Part shown: positions 44,968-46,241 of the stretch, in pieces | Numbering within the stretch: position 1 is the stretch's first letter | Layout of the letters: each line of letters begins with the position of its first letter | Assembly: GCA_041483895.1 (NCBI GenBank) | Contig: JBGPGO010000024.1 | Location: 1-46,241, forward strand | DNA length: 46,241 nt | DNA from: Fimbriimonadia bacterium | GTDB lineage: Bacteria; Armatimonadota; Fimbriimonadia; Fimbriimonadales; JABRVX01 | Direction: 5' to 3' | Notes under the pieces: model-generated | Seen by the model: only the letters and a program-made list of their open reading frames with translations | Told to the model about the DNA's origin: nothing | Databases searched by the model: none | Program-made: the position numbers and the translations under genes

Positions 44968-46241
44968 ATGAACCGGATATTCTTAGCAACCATTTGCGTC
45001 TTGCTTGTTGCACCGTTAGGCGCCGAAGTCATTGTCGAATCGGTGGCGAAGGGTTCGCTTGCAGAGAAGGTAGGGATCCAGGTGGGCGACCGCCTCGTCA
45101 AGTACGACGGCAAGCCGATCCTGTCGCCGCTCACGCTTCTTGCTTTCGAGCAGAACACAGTCGGGAAGCCGGACATTCCTCTTGAATTGGTGCGCGAGGG
45201 CGCTCGCGCGTCAATTCGTGTTGCCCTTGGTACCCTTGATATTCGGAGCCGTCCCGAACTGAAATCGGAAGCGCTGAAGTTGTACAACGAGGCGGTCGAG
45301 AAGAAGGATGCCGGCACCCAAGCGGATCTCTTTCAAAAGGCAGCCAAGCAGCAGGGTGAGGATATCGGCGGCACATGGCTCACTTTCCTCGCTGGATTGG
45401 CGCTGAAAAACAGCGGCAAGTTCCAGGAGGCGATCCCGATACTACAGGCCGCGGAGGCTGCCTTTGCCAAGTCCGGCGACACTGCGGGGCAGTCGTGGTC
45501 CCTTTGGCGGCTGGATGCTTGCTATGAGGGATTGAGAATGCCGAAAGAGCGAACGGCGATCCTGGAGCGACGGCGTCAACTCGACGAGGCCGCGGGACGG
45601 GAATCATGGGTTGCGGACGGCGTCAACGAGCTAGGGTTCGTTGCCTCCGGTCGCGGCGATCTGGTCTCGGCGGAAGGCTATTACAAACAGGCGCTGGAGA
45701 TCAGGGAGAAGCTCGCTCCGAATTCGTTGGATGTGGCGGAGAGCCTGAACAATCTCGGCAACGTGGCCGCCGATCGCGGCGATCAGGTCTTGGCGGAAAG
45801 CTATTACAAACGTTCGCTGGAGATCAAGGTGAAGCTCGCTCCGGGATCGCTGGATGTGGCGGGGGGCCTCCTCAATCTCGGCATCTTGGCCTGGAGTCGC
45901 GGCGATCTGGCCTCGGCGGAAAGCTATTACAAACGTTCGCTGGAGATCAATGAGAAGCTCGCTCCGAATTCGTTGGATGTGGCGGGGAGCCTGAACAATC
46001 TCGGCAGCGTGGCCGAGGATCGCGGCGATCTGGCCTCGGCGGAAAGCTACTATGAACGATCGCTAGAAATCAAGGAGAAGCTCGCGCCGGGATCGCTGAA
46101 TGTGGCCAAGAACCTGAACAATCTCGGCAACGTTGCCAGGGATCGCGGCGATCTGGCCTCGGCGGAAAGCTATTACAAACGTTCGCTGGAGATCAATGAG
46201 AAGCTCGCTCCGAATTCGTTGGATGTGGCGGGGAGCCTGAA
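44968..46241 (+). CDS. Exported PDZ + tetratricopeptide-repeat protein (partial, runs off window; a CHAT domain may follow)
   Basis: Not in the ORF track. Open frame from ATG 44968: MNRIFLATICVLLVAPLGAEVIVESVAKGSLAEKVGIQVGDRLVKYDG (PDZ-like), then VA.SLNNLG.VA..RGDL.SAESYYKRSLEI.EKLAP TPR units. Confidence 0.85.
   Translation, partial: MNRIFLATICVLLVAPLGAEVIVESVAKGSLAEKVGIQVGDRLVKYDGKPILSPLTLLAFEQNTVGKPDIPLELVREGARASIRVALGTLDIRSRPELKSEALKLYNEAVEKKDAGTQADLFQKAAKQQGEDIGGTWLTFLAGLALKNSGKFQEAIPILQAAEAAFAKSGDTAGQSWSLWRLDACYEGLRMPKERTAILERRRQLDEAAGRESWVADGVNELGFVASGRGDLVSAEGYYKQALEIREKLAPNSLDVAESLNNLGNVAADRGDQVLAESYYKRSLEIKVKLAPGSLDVAGGLLNLGILAWSRGDLASAESYYKRSLEINEKLAPNSLDVAGSLNNLGSVAEDRGDLASAESYYERSLEIKEKLAPGSLNVAKNLNNLGNVARDRGDLASAESYYKRSLEINEKLAPNSLDVAGSL
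45652..46241 (+). repeat. Coding tandem repeat, 123-bp (41-aa) TPR units
   Basis: cgcggcgat recurs at 45652, 45775, 45898, 46021 and 46144. Confidence 0.9.

Noticed and set aside
45652..46241. Diversity-generating retroelement TR/VR pair
   Set aside because: These are coding tandem TPR units, differences are not restricted to adenines, and no reverse transcriptase is present.

Overview
GC-rich bacterial chromosomal segment, probably Armatimonadota/Fimbriimonadia-like. The taxon is inferred from the PEP-CTERM proteins, dockerin-like C-terminal domains and flagellin type, and was not verified by search. Housekeeping genes: uvrB, hppA, sucD, a cysteine desulfurase, a sigma70-family factor, tRNA-Ile(CAU), pdhA, pdhB, mfd, transaldolase, asnB. 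Between them lie many surface-protein genes: four PEP-CTERM-type proteins, two flagellins, two dockerin-like proteins, two HAF-repeat proteins and a PDZ-TPR protein. The window opens at the right end of an IS481-family element inserted in a REP-like hairpin, followed by a cobalamin-riboswitch-led operon (PEP-CTERM protein plus BtuH-like protein). Notable features: (i) at least six families of short palindromic repeats, two of which sit in-frame inside Mfd and a homocysteine methyltransferase, and some of which supply stop codons; (ii) two tandem cassettes, each carrying a diverged copy of a flanking core-gene end (sucD 3' end, mfd 5' end); (iii) a beta-propeller gene split by a single in-frame TGA followed by a hairpin; (iv) several apparently leaderless genes; (v) a sigma factor with an altered -10 recognition helix. 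No CRISPR array, prophage or recognisable defence system was seen.
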